Positions 62,782-64,000 of a stretch of DNA of 64,000 nucleotides are shown here, in pieces (position 1 is the first letter of the stretch; every line of letters begins with the position of its first letter). Under the pieces are notes generated by a model. That model was not told the DNA's origin. It was given only the letters and a program-made list of their open reading frames with translations, and ran no database searches. The position numbers and the translations under genes are program-made. Source of the DNA: Spironucleus salmonicida (lineage: Eukaryota); the NCBI RefSeq assembly GCF_000497125.1, contig NC_090600.1, positions 682,001 to 746,000 of the forward strand. The letters run 5' to 3'.

Positions 62782-64000
62782 ATGCACCTACTAAAATTAT
62801 CATCCGTTAACAATCACCTGCTCGTTTTCACGTCCTAAACAATATATGAAATCTTGCTACCCACATTCGAGCTAGTGCAGCAACGCGACATTCCGGTTAC
62901 CATCAAATCGGTTTTTGAGTTCTAGAACAATTTCTTCTTAAAATCACATATAGCTTCGTTTATCTTCAATCCTTCCACATTCGAACTCGAACCCGTTCAA
63001 GTACCCTCAAATTGCGTCCTGATGGGCTGCGTAAAACTGTCAAATTACAACGTGGTCACCCACTTAAGCGAGAAGCATTATTTCGACAAAACGGCCAAAT
63101 TTTTGCACAGCGCCGAAAACGTAATAGTGAATTTACCTTCAAAATCCGTGCTTTTCACTCCGCAACTCGTAAAAAAATTCCCCTTCACAATCGACCTCCT
63201 CGCCGACGCGTTTTTCGTTGTGGGATGCAAAAAATTCGACCTAGACGGCAAGCTCATTAGCGAATACGACTTTCCGCCCCTTTCCGCCTCAAAAGGAGCG
63301 GAAATTTTCTGGCAGAACGGCGCGATTTCGTGCCAATCTTAAAGATACGAAATCGACGACCCCCTTGACTCCCCCCTTGACTCCCCCCCTCCGCTCTTCG
63401 CGCAGCTCGCTGGCAACCATATTATTACAATTTTCGCTCCCTCCGAGATGTACTTGAACGGCGAACTTGTCAACAACTTCCTTCCAACGCGACCGCCAAT
63501 TCTGACCTACGAAACGGCCAAAATAACGCTAATTCACAGCGATAACCAGCTCGCGATTTTGCAGAATTCGCCGTTTTTCAGCTACGAACTGATCCAACAG
63601 TCCGAAAAAGTTCTCTAAAATTACGTGAATCCGCTAACGCGCGACGTGCTAGCGAAACTGTCGGGCGGGGAGGTCGTTTTCAACGGGCGGCGGCTGAGCC
63701 GGAGCTCGCGCCTGCAGCGGCGCGATCTGATGCGGAAAACGCTCCTGACGTGGCAGGACGCGAATTTCGTCATGTCCGAAGGGACCGAAATCTTCGTTTG
63801 CGAGCTCGCGCCGGAGCCGGAAAACGAGTTTTCGATCGCCGTCGCGCGCACTTTCCAGCTGCCGCACGCGTTCGTCCTGAGCCGAAACTGCGATTTCGCG
63901 TCGAAAATCTGCATTTTCACGCGCGAAAACAAGGCGTTTTGCGGCGCGATAACGCGTTTGGAGGAGGTCGAAAACGCGGCCCAATTCGTCGTTTTCGGCG
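62782..64000 (+). CDS. Hypothetical protein, 3' end beyond the window
   Basis: ATG 62782 after cactttccattaa, in frame with track ORF 63022..63342. Appears to continue through TAA codons to the window end. Confidence 0.7.

Noticed and set aside
63355-63392. Short ccccttgactcc tandem repeat
   Set aside because: It is an in-frame 12-nt duplication (PLDSPLDSPP) inside the last CDS, i.e. ordinary slippage.

Overview
This is eukaryotic DNA from a hexamitid diplomonad, most likely Spironucleus. It reads with TAA/TAG = Gln and TGA as the only stop (translation table 6), so the supplied ORF track fragments most real genes. All CDS calls below were re-read by hand in that code. Layout: (i) 1-4288 is a long inverted repeat around a uL30/RPL7-like gene. 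(ii) A single R2R3-Myb gene lies at 5632-6153. (iii) 10347-28852 is a near-identical GC-rich tandem array of a 1193-bp unit carrying 16 copies of a divergent Myb gene. (iv) Directly abutting it, 28779-42074 is a 13.3-kb palindrome (6142-bp arms, 1012-bp spacer). It duplicates a cyst wall protein, a type-I membrane protein, an RRM protein and tRNA-Met, around a UBA-like/MPQ-rich gene. (v) A single 2264-aa ORF fuses a very large cysteine-rich ectodomain to a multi-pass, DMT-transporter-like membrane domain. (vi) The rest is a compact gene-dense region: SCY1-like pseudokinase, WW/DM10-like protein, two convergent membrane proteins, an [FeFe]-hydrogenase and hypotheticals. The most interesting candidates are the amplified Myb/cyst-wall-protein locus and the Cys-rich/transporter fusion. 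Assembly artefacts cannot be excluded for the repeats without reads.
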